A stretch of 64,000 bases of DNA from the NCBI RefSeq assembly GCF_006345805.1, contig NC_043003.1:67394001-67458000 (forward strand). The letters are read 5' to 3'. Source of the stretch: Octopus sinensis (Eukaryota). Made by a program: the position numbers and the translations under genes. Within the stretch, counting starts at the first letter, position 1. Each line of letters starts with the position of its first letter. Under the pieces are notes generated by a model. The model saw only the letters and a list, made by a program, of their open reading frames with translations. It did not search any database and was not told where the DNA came from. Below are positions 25,763 to 40,173 of the stretch, piece after piece.

Positions 25763-28700
25763 AAATCTAAATCTATGTATGTGTTCTCTTTTATTTGTTT
25801 CTCTCATTAAAGTGCGACCATGCCGAGAAGCAACCTTGAATCGCTGTAGTCACTAATATCGATCCTGCTACTTATTTTAATATCTCGCACTTGTTTTAGC
25901 AATGTCTATTTTAGCCATATCTCATACTTGCGTGCGTGATTTGAAAAAAATAATTCACTTGGTGTAGTAAATACTGTTGGCATATTAACCGAATGTCTGA
26001 GGATTCAGCCAAATATTCTTTTCTTTTTTTCGCGAATGGCGTGAAAGGATTTTGATAAAGTTCACTCATTCATTGATTGACCGAATGATCAATCAAACAA
26101 TCGAATTCTTAATTTGTTAAATTGTAAACCAATTGACTAATAAATATATAGAAGTTAAATAGAAAAAAAATGAATGTATTTATTATTGACATACCGACCT
26201 TCCGAGATGCAGTTAAACATGTTTCAATACATGAGTTAACGTTAAGGATACAGAAGCGAATAGAAAACCTTCTATAATATCTTTTCTACGAGTGTTTCAT
26301 AATATTTGGTTGATATTTCCCAGTCGCTGTATCTTCACCATATTTCGGTTTCAATTAATAAACAAGCAAATATATTACAGCACAACTACTAAATCTACAA
26401 CACTCTGTTTCTCTCCAATGCCAAATATATATTAGATAACGGCTGGAGGTAAGTTAATGGATGTTATGACCAACGTTGTGGCATAAATAAAAAGAAAGGT
26501 CTAGTGTTCGGTGACGCTAAAGTGCTAATTGTAAATGGCTCTTATAATTGACATCTTAAACCCGGTGGGAGAGTTATAGAGTCGGTATTTACTTCCGCCT
26601 TAATGGTATAAAAATAAATCAAACAAAACAAATCGTGACTGGAAATATTAAAAAATCATGCTGCTTTCCAAAATGCCAATCACTATAATTTTCTTTTACA
26701 CATCTTACTCTTTTTTTATATACATGTCTTACTCATTGTCCAATTATTATAACCGTAATATTATTGATTATGTTCTTTATACTGGCAAAGAACCAAAAAT
26801 TTGTGAAGGAAAAACTATTGTGTAGTTTATCTAGAGCTGATTATTTTATGAACCCCAGAGAAATAAACGGCTAAATCAATCCCGCTAGGATATGAAGTAT
26901 AAGCGTTAGGGGCCAAAAATAATTACAGATAAATTTTTATTCTTTACATTCCCGGAGGCTCTGACACAATACTTATAAACAAAGGATTATTTCTTGAAGT
27001 GAAGTCAATGATGGGGTGGGGGAGGACAAAGTAAAACACAAGTGCTGAAAATTATGAATTTCCCTACCGGAACATATGGTTACAAAGAGCAAAGTACCTT
27101 TGCAAACTCGACTTAAATGCCTTGTGCTATAGTATAGCCATGCTTATTAACATTAAAGACAGTATACATAGATTAAGAAAATGTATAAGTATTAACATTG
27201 AATACAGTATATAAAGTGGGAGAGGACAGAACGATGAAAAATGTTAACTTGTGTTACAGTTTTAATGTAAAGCTAGTAAAAAATACCTCACAAATATCGT
27301 GTTGTTGGTATATTAATCTGAAGTGCACATAAAACCTAGAAATTCTTCCCTATTCTAATCCATAAATATCAAGCATCTGAAGTAAATCATGTGAATTTTT
27401 TCCTAACATTTTTCTCTCTTTTCTTAATTCCTTTCTTCTCTTCACTTTTCTTCCTTAACTTTCTTTTATAATATCTGAAGAATGTATACGTCCGAAACGT
27501 TTCACTCTGTATTTTATCTTCTTGTTGAGGACAAGTCTTTCGTTATCCGCCAATAGAAAGAACAAAATCAATAATATTACGGTTATAATAACCGGAAAAT
27601 GAGTAAGACATGTAAATAAAATATTGTAAGATGTATAAAAGAAAATTAAATTATATTAATTATGAACGTCTCTTGGACTTCATTTGTTTTTCTGTAGTTG
27701 ATTCACTTTATTTGAGTGTAATAAAGATTGTACATACCAAACCACTAAATTGATACAGAATTTCAGTTCCTTGATTTGTGTATTAACAATATCATTAGAA
27801 ATTCAGATCCAAAAATGTGCAGCTTTGAGTAACTGCTCTTTGCATTCTGAGTCCAAATCGCGCTACGTTCTTGTTTAGCCTTTCATTCTCCCAGGGCAGT
27901 ATAAATAAAGAATAAGGAAGCGATGGGGTTGACTTAATCGATCAGGACTTTTTTGAATCTGTAAGAAATTATTATTTGTCTTCGACAGTCTTCCTGATGA
28001 TATGCTAAACCAAAACTCATGTAACATTTGAATAAGAAGTCCCGCTTTGCTGATAATATTGTTCACCTGCGGACCAAATCATTTTTAGTAAACTTACAAT
28101 CAAGTTTTGATCTCATTTTTTTCAGTCCTATTAAAATTATTCAATCTGCTCTTTACAATTTTAAGACGGTAGGATATGTTATGAACATGATTTGGCTATC
28201 ATTTCCAGAAAAGAGAGCAATCACTTGGAGACATATGTTGGCTTACATAAGAAACAGAAGAGTACTTCAGTCGATTCGTTTAATTATATATCATTTCAGA
28301 TCGGCGAAAGGCCTAATTGATATTTCTATGTTGAGAAAAAAATACGTTCCCGACAACGTACACTTGAATATCATATTTATTAAAAGCTCTTAAACGACTC
28401 TAAATCTTGCATGTGCTATATTCAGGTTTATGTATACATGCGTGGACGCTATTTTCACTGTAATATACAAAACATTACAAGAAAGTGAAGTCGCCAGATG
28501 ATGTACAGGTAAGGGATATTAGTCCTATGGGTGTCAATTGTTATTTCATGAAAGCTTGTCAAGGACCGAGTCACGGCTGTTCCATTGGAAATGGAAGATC
28601 CCCACTACGATCGCCTCCACTACTACCACAATAACACTGTTTTTCTCTATGGGCGTGTGTGTATTTGGGTGTATGTGTGTGTGTGTGTGTGCGTGTTTCT

Positions 28701-31027
28701 CTATGGGCGTGTATTACCTGAGTGCACGCGTGTATGTGCGTGTGTGAGTCTGTGTTTCTCTGTGGGCGTGTGTATGTGTGTGTTTATGTGTGTGAGTGTA
28801 TATTGGGAATAAACTTGAATTTGAATCACGGCAGTGAAGTACTTCATTTCGGGTGATCCCACAACACAGTTATTCGCTTAAACAGAGAAGCGTATATTTG
28901 AGCAAACGCCTTAAAAACTTAATATACAAATCCAGAGATTTGTACTGGATTAGTATCATGATTATTACAAGTGTTCCATGACAAATATAAAGTAATACAT
29001 ATAAGAAAACAAAAGAAACAGTGAAATTCAAAGTTTGTAATTAAGAAGTAAGGAAAGAACAGGAACAGAGGTGAAAACAACCGGATGGACAATAGAAACC
29101 ACGGATCTCTTACTTCTTGCCTTCATTAGAGACAGTAACTGATTTCCGTCTAAACATTCTTAATCTTGCTGGAATTAACAGTTGTATTTCCTTTCTGTAA
29201 TAGCACTGCTTTGCTCCTTAATACTTGCAATAACCAACCAGTGCTCTCACGTCACTTCAACTAGTTGCCAACATTCACAACTCACCAAAATTCCATGTGT
29301 ACACATATAATCATCCCTTGTTCTCACCTACGCCAACAAAGTTACTCAACAACCGAACACGCATGCTACATCGTTATCATAAATACATATTAGTACTATC
29401 TCTTGTTCTCACCTAACATACAGTCAGGTACACCATACACTTAACCTCCAAAATACAGAAGTACGCAAACGTATATTCATGCGGGCATCATATTCACAGG
29501 TAATCACTTCTTCGTGCACATACACACAGGGGTGCGCGCCACATATTCACGCTTTATCCACGCACTCACACTTCACGTACATGCACATACTTCATTCATA
29601 CACATAAGCATTATGCACGCTGACATGAATATAGCCTCACACCGATAAAACACATTCTTGTTCCGTTGGTCATATCCGTAGGCTCCTTACATTTTTCGTT
29701 CTAAAGTAAAATGATGTGATCTGAATTTTCTTCCATCGTTTTTGCTTTGTTATTGAGAAAGAACAGCTGTCCGAAACGTTTTACTCACCTTTCTCTCACA
29801 TAATTATTTTACGTTGCACTTTCTATAAGCTGTGAAACTTTCATTTTTCTCGTTAAAGAGACTGTGGATATTCTAAAACTTAAGATATATTCTACTCGAT
29901 ATTAAATAATTCTTCTAGGGAATAAAAAAACCCAGATATTTGCATTCACCGCACAATCTTTGAAATAGTCTCCTTTGTAGCATATCTATCAGCAGGTTAT
30001 ATAACATTCTAAACATCTGTTCCACTTCTTAACCACAATCTTCGTTTAAAGCTATCTAGCTCAAACTCTCGTTAAATGATCCACCCTCTAGAAGAATCGA
30101 TCAGAAGACGGGGGACATTGAAGACCAGGTAAGATTACTTCTATTCAAGGAAATATCTCTTCAACGAAATATCTCAAAAGCAGAAACATTATGAGAGAGA
30201 TTTCGATTATTTGAGATATGAAAACAATTGGTAAATTTTTGAAATGCTTAAAGTTGCTTTAAGGAGAACAACGTTTGCAAAAACGGTGCAGTTGATAGGG
30301 TTTCTTCGTAGACTAGACCCCCTAACTTATCTGAAATGACCTCATACGTTCATTCTTCTTATTGTTTTTGCTAGCTAAGGAGTTCATCCTGAAACTAAAG
30401 CTAGACAGTTGCCTGGAGTTTAAGTTATAAAAAATTTTAAATGCTATCGTGCCCATTATATTTCACGGTAGTCTTGTGTTTTTTTTTTTTTTTTTTTTTT
30501 AGTTGTGAAATGAAACAATGAGGATGAAATCTTTTGAACTCCCTTTATCCATGCAGAAGTGAAATGATGGCTATCAGTGGGAAGTTTTCTTCAAAATTGT
30601 GTTACGCTATAGAAGAACTTGTTATACTTTATATCTGATAAAGAACTCATAATAAGAATTTTTTTCTGTTATATCAGTCATCGTTTATTTTGCAGATATT
30701 ATATTGAGGCTTCTCGCACCCGAGAAGAATTTCTATCGGTGTAGTAATCATAACATATGATGAACGGCAGTTTTACGAATATATGTAAATTATAAATATA
30801 TTCAATGGCTAAGACGTGTAGATATTTTCTTTCCCACATCGCTTTCTAACCAAAATTGAAATCTATTCTTACATAAATCTTGGTAACTTTAATCGACACT
30901 CGTGCGCGCAGGTGCGATTTTGATCACGCATATAGACGAAAGTTTGCTAACACTCACAGAAGCATACATGTGTATCAACATATATATTCACAAGCATATA
31001 TTAATATATGAGCATATATAAATATAT

Positions 31028-31342
31028 GCAGGAGTGCTTGTGTGGTAAGTAGCTTGATCACATGGTTCCCGGTTCATTTCCACTGCGTGGCACTTTGGGT
31101 AAGTATCTGAAAGAAGCCCATCGGATATATGTATATACATATATATGTATGAGTGTGTATATGTTTGTGTATCTGTGTTTGTCCCCGCCCCAACATCGCT
31201 TGACAATCGATGGTGTTTTGTTTACGTCCGCGTAACCGATAGAATAAGTACTAAGCTTCCAAAGAACAAGTCTTCGACTAAAAGTCGGTGCTCCAGCATG
31301 GCCACAGTCAAATGAGTGAAACTTGTAAAAGAATAAAAGAGT
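31028..31342 (+). mobile_element. tRNA-derived SINE, family A (internal deletions)
   Basis: GCAGGAGTG…GGTAAGTAGCTTG…CCACTGCGTGGCAC…GGTGCTCCAGCATGGCCACAGTC. Confidence 0.8.
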
Positions 31343-31363
31343 ACACACACACACACACACACA

Positions 31364-31402
<39 letters not shown>

Positions 31403-31408
31403 TATATA

Positions 31409-31534
31409 TAAGTAAGGAAAAATTTTTTTTTTTAATGCAGAATGCTCAAATGAGCATTCTGCATTTTTAATAAAAAATTTTCCTTACTTATCATTTCTCC
31501 ACGTGCGGTCAACACAACCCCACCATTTATTGAT
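31409..31534 (+). mobile_element. Miniature foldback copy of the Penelope-like element 3' terminus, in (TA)n
   Basis: 31450-31534 matches the reverse complement of 57175-57260. 31409-31450 is an inverted copy ending at the same TTCCTTACTTA point as the large element's inverted pLTR (60421). Confidence 0.85.
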
Positions 31535-31535
31535 C

Positions 31536-31624
<89 letters not shown>

Positions 31625-33706
31625 TATATATATATATATAGATAGATAGATAAATAGATAAATAGATAGATAGATAGATAGATAGATACATACATACATA
31701 CATACATACATACATACATACATACATACATACATACATACATACATGGGTAGATGGATAGATGGGTAGAAAGCTAGAATGGCTTTCATTAGAATGCCAG
31801 CAGCTGACATTCATGGTAAGTTGCACTGTTCCAATCTAATGGATTTTATAAACACTATATTTCCCAATGAAAATTGTGACATTCATTATTGTATATAGAA
31901 ATATATTCCTCAAGGTAGAATCACGCAAATCCATATTCCATTGCGATAATGAATACCATATCCTTTTAACGTTGTAGCTTTTATATGCATATCTGCCCTT
32001 AAGTGCGTATATGGCTAGAATCTGGTTCATATCTCTAATGCCAATAGTTGAGAACGCGAACACCCACATTGCTCCTTATACACTACTTCTGCATATTTTA
32101 CACATTAAGCAAAAATAAAACTAGAAATGCTTCGTATCTACACTGATGCATATTTTCTATAGACATACTTGAAAACTCAAAATTAAAAATGATGGAAGTC
32201 ACTTTGTTTCCGAGCACAACCAATTCCTAGATAGAGATAGCATATCTTAACATACGTTTAATTTTCTCTTGTGGCTTCTGAGATAAAATCTTAGTCAAAC
32301 CAACGACTTACAGATGAGATGTTTAGCCATCTGAACTTTTCATCTACTCCGACTGGGTCTGTCCACTTGAGTGATTTGTTTGAGACGTCGTTTCAAATCC
32401 TCACTGAAACATACTTTTCTCTGCGGGCAATATGGAAATATTGGAGTGATATGATATTACTAAGCTCATGACTGACCATTTAATTAAGCAATCTAGTTTT
32501 TGGAAGGTACATATGGCATGGACCTTTCTTTGCAGGACTACATAGAAATCCATTCCTGGAGAGAAATTATAGCTTCCATATTTCTTGCAGCATGCTTCAG
32601 TTGATCATAAGTTACAAACATGGTGGCAAAGACATCAAGATAGAGAGTCCTTAGTTTTCATGTGAATATTATATATCTTTAGTGTGTTTTCTGATAATCC
32701 TAATTGCTTATACATGGTGTATAAGCAATGTTGGGGCGCATTTCATAATTTCGTTCACCAAACTGTGAAAAGCGTTGCATTCCATAGGGCCCTTCTCTTC
32801 GAAATATTTCTATGGCACCTCCAAAAGGTGACTGGAGTGCTACAGCACGCACAATGAACACACATGATCCTACTTTAAAGGAGATAAAAGTTTTGTGCTT
32901 CTTTCAGCCTAAAACATGTGACTCCTGAAAATGTTTAAAAAATACTGGAATGCACCTTGAAAGATTTCGTTATCGTTAATACAGTAAACGCATTGTATGG
33001 TCAAATAATCGAAGCTTGTTTCAATATCACAACTTTCTTTTTATCATGAAAAGAATTATTACCACGAAGCACAATTATTTCTATCTTGATAAACTTCGTG
33101 AGGCAGAAATAACAAATAACAAGCATTGAATGCTTCTGAATGGAGTCGTTGAATGTGGGATAAAGATGAAAAATGTTTTAGAAAGAGAAAAGAAGTAATA
33201 TAAATCCTTCGAGTAACAGTTAACCATCTCCGAAATGCCATCTACTACTTCTTCCTTTCTACATTAAACTATTAATCTATAGTACGAGGCCTCTTTTTCC
33301 GCTTCTTATTATAGTATTTTGTTTTCTATGTTATTTTATTAGCGATATTTTACATTGATAAACGTCAGTAGATTATTGGATTGGCGTAAATTTAGTTTAC
33401 GCTGGATCTATAATTAACACTTTATAAAAGCAATCACACATTCCTCACGATGCAGTTTGTAAAGTGTGTGTCAAGTAAAACTTTGAAGTCATTTTCACCT
33501 TTTTTTTTGCGAAAGATACGAATCTATAGTTTTTCTATATATATGCAGTTTTCCCCGTTAGTACTTTATCTCTTTTCGTTATATTTGAATATTTGTTCAC
33601 TTTCACATCAATATATACATGCATACACACACACATACAAATACATATATACATGTGTAACGTGCATATATACATATATGTATATATACGTGTGTGTATG
33701 TGTGTG

Positions 33707-33777
<71 letters not shown>

Positions 33778-33862
33778 GTATATATGTATGTATGTATGTA
33801 ATATATATATATACATATATATGTATGTATGTAATATATATATATACATATATATGTATGTA

Positions 33863-33893
<31 letters not shown>

Positions 33894-35111
33894 TATATAC
33901 GTAGATAGATTCGTACACACACACGTAGACACAATCACGCACACATACACACACAAACACACACCGCACACACACACACATCGAACACGATGGCATTACA
34001 AAAGCGGTGAACCTTACTTTTTGTGTCAGATCTGATAAAGATTGATGGATGTCATTTATACAAAAATATACATAAATGAAAACAAAATAAAAGCTAGATC
34101 ACGCAGTTTTGCATAAGAAACATATAATTCTTTGCCGAATTTGAAAAAAAACCTATAGAGAGGAGATTTATGTTCGCGTTCAATAGCGCTACGCAAAAGA
34201 GAGTTAAATCTAACACTGGTTAAGGAGCTCATTTATCTCAAATATTTATGGATATATAGATCCTAATATTTCAAACAAACTTGCGAGTTGACGCGTTCGG
34301 CCACTGCAGGTTCATGAAGGGTTGTCCGTACGCATCACCTAGCCTGCTAGAAATATCAACTATAAGCCTATTAAAGCAAGACCAACTTAAGACTGATACA
34401 TATGAGAATATTGTCCTTGATGCAGAAAAGTATGGGATTAATGACTTTAACAACAACGCCATGAAAAACATAGCAACGACGACCCAGTGAAATATACTCG
34501 GGTGAAGTAAATCTCAACTGAGAGACAACGTTTTGCGCCAACACATTTTCTGGTATCCACAGAATGGATGTAATCACCGTCACATCAGAATAACAAAAGT
34601 GTCCGAATTCTAATTGGCAACTGGAATAATCATGCAAGTACTAAAATTACTAAGCGAAGGAAGAAAACTTATGCGAAATAAAACATATCCAGAGTTTGCA
34701 CGAAAAGGTATGATAAATATTAATTTTAAAACATGTGTAGAAAAGTGTTTGCAAGACGTATACCTAGATTTATTGGTTTTGAAGAGACGAAAAACCACAA
34801 GCATTCAAGATTTTTCTACGATAAGATCTTTCGATTTCGGTTTATTTTTTATGCTGTGTAACGATTATAAGAGGTTATTCAGACATTAGTTCAGATAACC
34901 AATATACTTCAAGATATGTGTACATGTACACATATGTATGTGTGTGTATGACCGTCTGCTTTTGTTAGTGTGCGTGTGTGTATGTGTGTCTGTGCGGGGG
35001 TGTGCGTTGGTAAGTGTGCGTATGTGTATAACTACAAACGTATGTATATGTGTGACATTTTTTTCATCCAGGTATCTGATGAAGAAATTGACCACAGCAT
35101 TACAAAAGCTG

Positions 35112-35161
<50 letters not shown>

Positions 35162-35714
35162 TCACCGCTTTTGTGATGCCATCATGTTCGATGAGTATAT
35201 ATATATCGAAAATAGGAAAAGGAGCTCTGGTCTCAGCCGGAAATGAATAGAATCACAAAAATCGAAGCGTCCCGTGCGCACATGCTTACAACATTTCCAA
35301 GCGGATATGAAACAAGTACAATATATAGCACATGCGTTCTGCCTGTGGAATGTTTTCACCAAAACGGCTTACTGTTCTTTACACTAATCGTTTAGAAATC
35401 AATAGAACCGTATTCAGTAGTGAATGTTATGTCGGAATTATCAGATGAAGACAAAGTTACTTTTACTGCACTATATAGAGTTTCTGGTTGTTTTCTTGTA
35501 TTCCTGATGCAGTTTCATTACATATACAAAGCTTTGCGAAAGGGGGACGGTGCTAAGCCGTTGCAAAACAATACGACTGCTAGAGAAGGGAATGATAGTT
35601 TTATTTCAAATTATATATAAAAATGAGGGGTCAAAGGAGGATGAGGTTAAAATATTAAAAAGAAACATAAATCGTATGTGGGTGTGTAATATATCTTGTG
35701 CTGTAGACGTAAGG

Positions 35715-35865
35715 AGCGGGAGATTTTGGCTGAGGGGCTAGGCAATCACCTCAATCCCTGTGCTGAACTAGTTCTTATTTTATTGTCGCCGAAAGGGTGA
35801 AAGGCAAGGACACTCTCTGTGGAATTTGAGTTCAAAACAAAAAGCCGCGGGAAATGCAGTTAAGC
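35715..35865 (-). mobile_element. tRNA-derived SINE, family B (degenerate)
   Basis: CCGAAAGGGTGAAAGGCAA…GGAATTTGAGTTCAAAAC is the reverse complement of the core. Confidence 0.55.
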
Positions 35866-37759
35866 AAGTACATCTTAGTAAAAATTCGACCTGCTTCATG
35901 CTTGTGGGTGTGCAATAATGTCGACATCTAGGCTGTATTGCTGCTATCAGTATAAGTTCATTTAACAGAAAATATCGATCAGAAAATATAAATTCTTACT
36001 AGTTTAGAATTCAAATAATGTCTTACTTTTAAAGTAACTTACGAATAAGTGTACATCTAATATGAATATTGATTTCCATTATTATAAATTTATTTTTAAA
36101 ATACTGTAATAAACAGGTGAGGTTTCTGTTTCAGATTTATATTTCGTAAATTGAAAAAAAAAATCAATTTATAAATTGTAGGAACATGTAAATTAGATGT
36201 AAAATCTTAGAAATGTGAGCAGCATTATGAATGCATATCATTATTCTATAATATATCATAATTTCTTTAAAAAATACTTAATAACATCTCTGCGTGGACG
36301 ATAATTTAGTTATACATTGGAAAAGCGATTAAATTCATTCTTTACGTGACTATTCATGATCCTCATATACATAAACAAATTAATAAGAAACGAGGGAAAA
36401 AATTGGTTTACAAACAAATCATAAACATTTTTTGTTCATATATTTTAGATATATTATCGTGCTTTTAAAATAAGTCATATATCATGTTCCATTGGGTGTG
36501 AAGGAAGCAAAAATATGACACAGTGAATGATGAAACATATGTAGTCGCTAAATGGCCAAATCAGAATATAGAATAACACAAGTAATATTAGCTCCAGTAC
36601 GGTATAATATAAATATTATATTAGATTTTCTTGAAAGAAGAGCTGTTTCCTTCAGAGATCCATAGTTCCACACTATTTTTCGTATAAGCGGATTGACTAT
36701 GCATATTACTACACAAAATACAATGTTTTATAAAGGGATATAGTTGGGTTAAAATTAGGATCAGAACATTTTTTATCGTATCCTTTATTTTATAATAAAA
36801 ATTACCTGCTATACATCTGATTTCATTGAATATATATATTTACTCGTAAGATTAGAAATATCATGCTCCTTATATTTAATACATGCTGTGTATAGAGAAT
36901 TAAAACTACAAATGAAATTAGTATGACTGTATCTAGCTTCGATACAATACTGTTATTTGAATATGTTGTATTCATTCAGTCTAAAACCGAAACTCTATAA
37001 ATAAATTAAAGGGGGAACTAAGTGGTGTGATATAAGGGAATTAGGAATGAAGCGAACTGCAAAAGCGAGAGCATAAAAATCATAATATAATAAGATTGGG
37101 AATTGTAATGGTAAACAACAGGAAAATAGAATATGGTAATGTTATGCTTGCTGATGTGTATCTACAAGAGTAAATGATGGAGAATACGGTATGGCAGTAA
37201 TACGTGTAAATTGTAAATCTCCAGGGTTATGATATCTGACGATATTACTATTCAAGGTATGTTCTTATCATAAACATACAAAATGCGTTAGCCGTATGTA
37301 TTTATATTTAGCTATATATATATGTGTGTGTGTATGTATTTTCTTACGTTTATTTCGCAAAAATTGACCAGCACTAAATATAATACTATAAAAAATTATA
37401 TATATATATATATATGGGGGTGCGTGTATGTGTGTATGAGTGTGTGCTACACACACATACACACAATCTTTGAAAATTATACACACACATTCATGTATAA
37501 GCACATACGTATGATACATCGTGTATGCGCGCACGCGTAGTGTGTCTGTGTGTCTGTGCGTGTGTATGGATGGAAGGATGGAGTTGATAAAAACGTTGTT
37601 ATTGGATACGAAATTTACAGGAATAATTCTGTACTCACATAGCAGTTATTTTACAAAAAATCCACCTCTCTAGAAAATTAGAAAATATATCGTTAGAAGA
37701 CTAATTAGTCAGTGGACTGCAGAAACTATGTATATATTTGTGCGTGTGTTTATGTGTGT

Positions 37760-37801
<42 letters not shown>

Positions 37802-38121
37802 AAATATACATTATATATATATATATATAAATTTATATATAAATATTTACATTTACATGAAATTATAAAAGAAACAAATTTACATTAAACTGAAGGATTC
37901 CTGAATATTTCCTCTAGAGTACAAATTTAAAATTCTATAAAAATAAGTACATTCCAAAAAGTTTTGAGTAATTTTCACGTGAGGCATTTAGTTCAAACAA
38001 GTACAAAACTATAATATGACTCGAAATAGAACTCTCTGACTTGAATTGTCTTGTTGTAGCGCACCTGTCACTTCATGAGGAACCAGCCCCCACCCCATCA
38101 TCATCATCATCATTATTATTA

Positions 38122-38173
<52 letters not shown>

Positions 38174-38186
38174 CATTATCATCATT

Positions 38187-38410
38187 GAGCTGGCAGAAAC
38201 GTTAGCACTCGGGCGAAATGCTTAGCGGTATTTCCTCTGTCTTTACGTTCTGAGTTCATATTCCACCGAGGTTGCCTTTGCCTTTCATCCTTTTGGAGTC
38301 GATTAAATAAGTACCAGTTGCGTACTGGGGTGTATGTAATCGACTTAATCCCTTTGTCTGTCCTTGTTTGTCCCCCCTATGTTTAGCCCCATATGGGCCA
38401 TAAAAAAGAT
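38187..38410 (+). mobile_element. tRNA-derived SINE, family B, after an (ATT)n tract
   Basis: GAGCTGGCAGAAACGTTAGCAC…GTTCTGAGTTCA…GCCTTTCATCCTTTTGGAGTCGATTAAATAAGTACCAG. Confidence 0.85.
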
Positions 38411-38429
38411 ATTATTATTCTCGTAACCA

Positions 38430-38625
38430 CCATCAATGATCTTCATCAGCTTGGGGAACAACCAAACTTGACGGGAAGCAAGGTCTGGATTGTAGGAAGA
38501 GTGAAAAATTGTTTTAATGCCCATCTCCGTCAAGTGTTGGATTACCAGGATGTAACTGTGGACAGGTGTATTATCTTGGAGCATTTGATAAGGCGTTTTG
38601 CGATTAAATATCCTCCTCATCACAC
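38430..38625 (-). mobile_element. Mariner transposase pseudogene fragment (C-terminal DD34D region)
   Basis: ORF 38345-38623: LQDNTPVHS…FHSSYNPDLASRQVWLFPKL fits HDNAPxH…HPPYSPDLAPxDFxLFPKLK. Confidence 0.75.
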
Positions 38626-38814
38626 TGAAAACCTCTACAAATCAATCTCGTTTACGATTTAGCCAATGGGTCTCGTGTGGATGTTGACTGCACCCTTGCG
38701 ATTGACAAATGGATCATCGTGAGCTACTTGGTTCGGTTCTACCAGCAGAAAGTAGGTGCTGGCTCTTCAGCAGGTTCATTCCAATACAATCTGGAGTATT
38801 TCACAACTTTTCGC

Positions 38815-39725
38815 ATTGTGTCATCCCATAAATAATGCAGTTTTTTAAATACTTGGGTAGGGCTTCGTTTTCTATTCAAACTGCTTCAGCCTTTGGATTG
38901 TCATCCTTGCTGTGTGTTGCCGAGCATTATCCTGATAGAAGAAGACCTTTCACTTTGAAACCAAAGATGGTCGTTTTTCTTCTAGCATTGCCTAGTTTGG
39001 ATTTAAAGGTTCAAAGTGGGCTAAAAATTTCATATCCCACCAAACAGATACGTGAGTGAAGACATCCTTTAACCAGGGTGCTGTTGTTTCTCCGTTTCCT
39101 AAACAATCTGTCTTCGGCGCTTGACATTTTCATGGAGAACCCATTTCTTGTCACAAGTCACTATTCGTGAGACGTGACAGCAAAGAAGAGCACACATTCA
39201 CTTCGCGCGATTAGACGCGGCAAGTTTGTGATGAATCCCTTGACCCACTTTACTGACTTTTCCGATGGCACGCAGGTGTCAATGAATGGTTGAATGGCCA
39301 AATTCAAGTTTCTTTGCTTGATTTCCTCAACAATCACGATGGGATTTTTTTTCTACCAGAGTTTGCAAGACGTCTTCGTCGAGTTCTACAGATTTTCCAG
39401 GACGAGGCTTGCCTTCTAGACTGTAGTGTCCGACTCGGAATTTCTGGAAACATATACTGCATTAATATTCCTCACATCTTCCGTTCCTCTGTTGCCTTTA
39501 TTGAAATTATAAAGCAAAATATATCGAATACGTTCCTTTGTCACTTCGATTGAAAAAATAACTGTTAAAATCGAACAGCACACTTCAAAACGTTCACTAA
39601 GAATAAGGACAAGGTTAAATATCTACTTGCTTTTATAGCTGTTGACGCAGGTAGCTTGTCCCGTCCCCATCTGACTTTTAGGTCATGCAAGTGAAAAAAC
39701 TGCATAATTTATGAAATGACCCAAT
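38815..39725 (-). mobile_element. Internally deleted mariner DNA transposon with both TIRs
   Basis: TIRs of about 32 bp: ATTGTGTCATCCCATAAATAATGCAGTTTTTT and AAAAAACTGCATAATTTATGAAATGACCCAAT. Decayed transposase motifs RIVTCDKKWVLHENVKRRR, SVWWD and KRPSL..KVFFYQDNARQH on the minus strand. Confidence 0.85.
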
Positions 39726-40130
39726 AGCATGTCTTCCCAGTTTAAATCAGAACTATTTTGCATAACAAGCTTCCAAAATGTCTTCTTCCGTCTCGAATAA
39801 CAAAATTTGACAGATCAGCTTCTTAGATGCATAATAATGATGTACAGGAATTACAATAAACTAGGACAGTTATAATAGCTTCTCCTAAAATGTCTCAAAA
39901 CATATAGAATGCATTTTGTGTGCGTGTGCGTGTGTATGTACATACATATTCAAATAAATAGAAAAATTTTATATATGTATACGTATATATAATGCTTCTA
40001 TAACGTGTGCGTGTATACATAGCTATAAATATGTGTGTGTGGGCGCCCGTGTGTGTTTTGTGTGTGAGTGTGTGTGTTTGCGTGTGTATGTACATGTATT
40101 TTCAAGAACATACACAAGTTTTATATATAT

Positions 40131-40173
<43 letters not shown>

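Noticed and set aside
31836-33241. Unique-looking, possibly coding tract
   Set aside because: Stops in all frames and no motif recognised; it may be an old TE.
34271-34637. Short overlapping ORFs in a CpG-containing island
   Set aside because: No recognisable domain or convincing splice-site pair.
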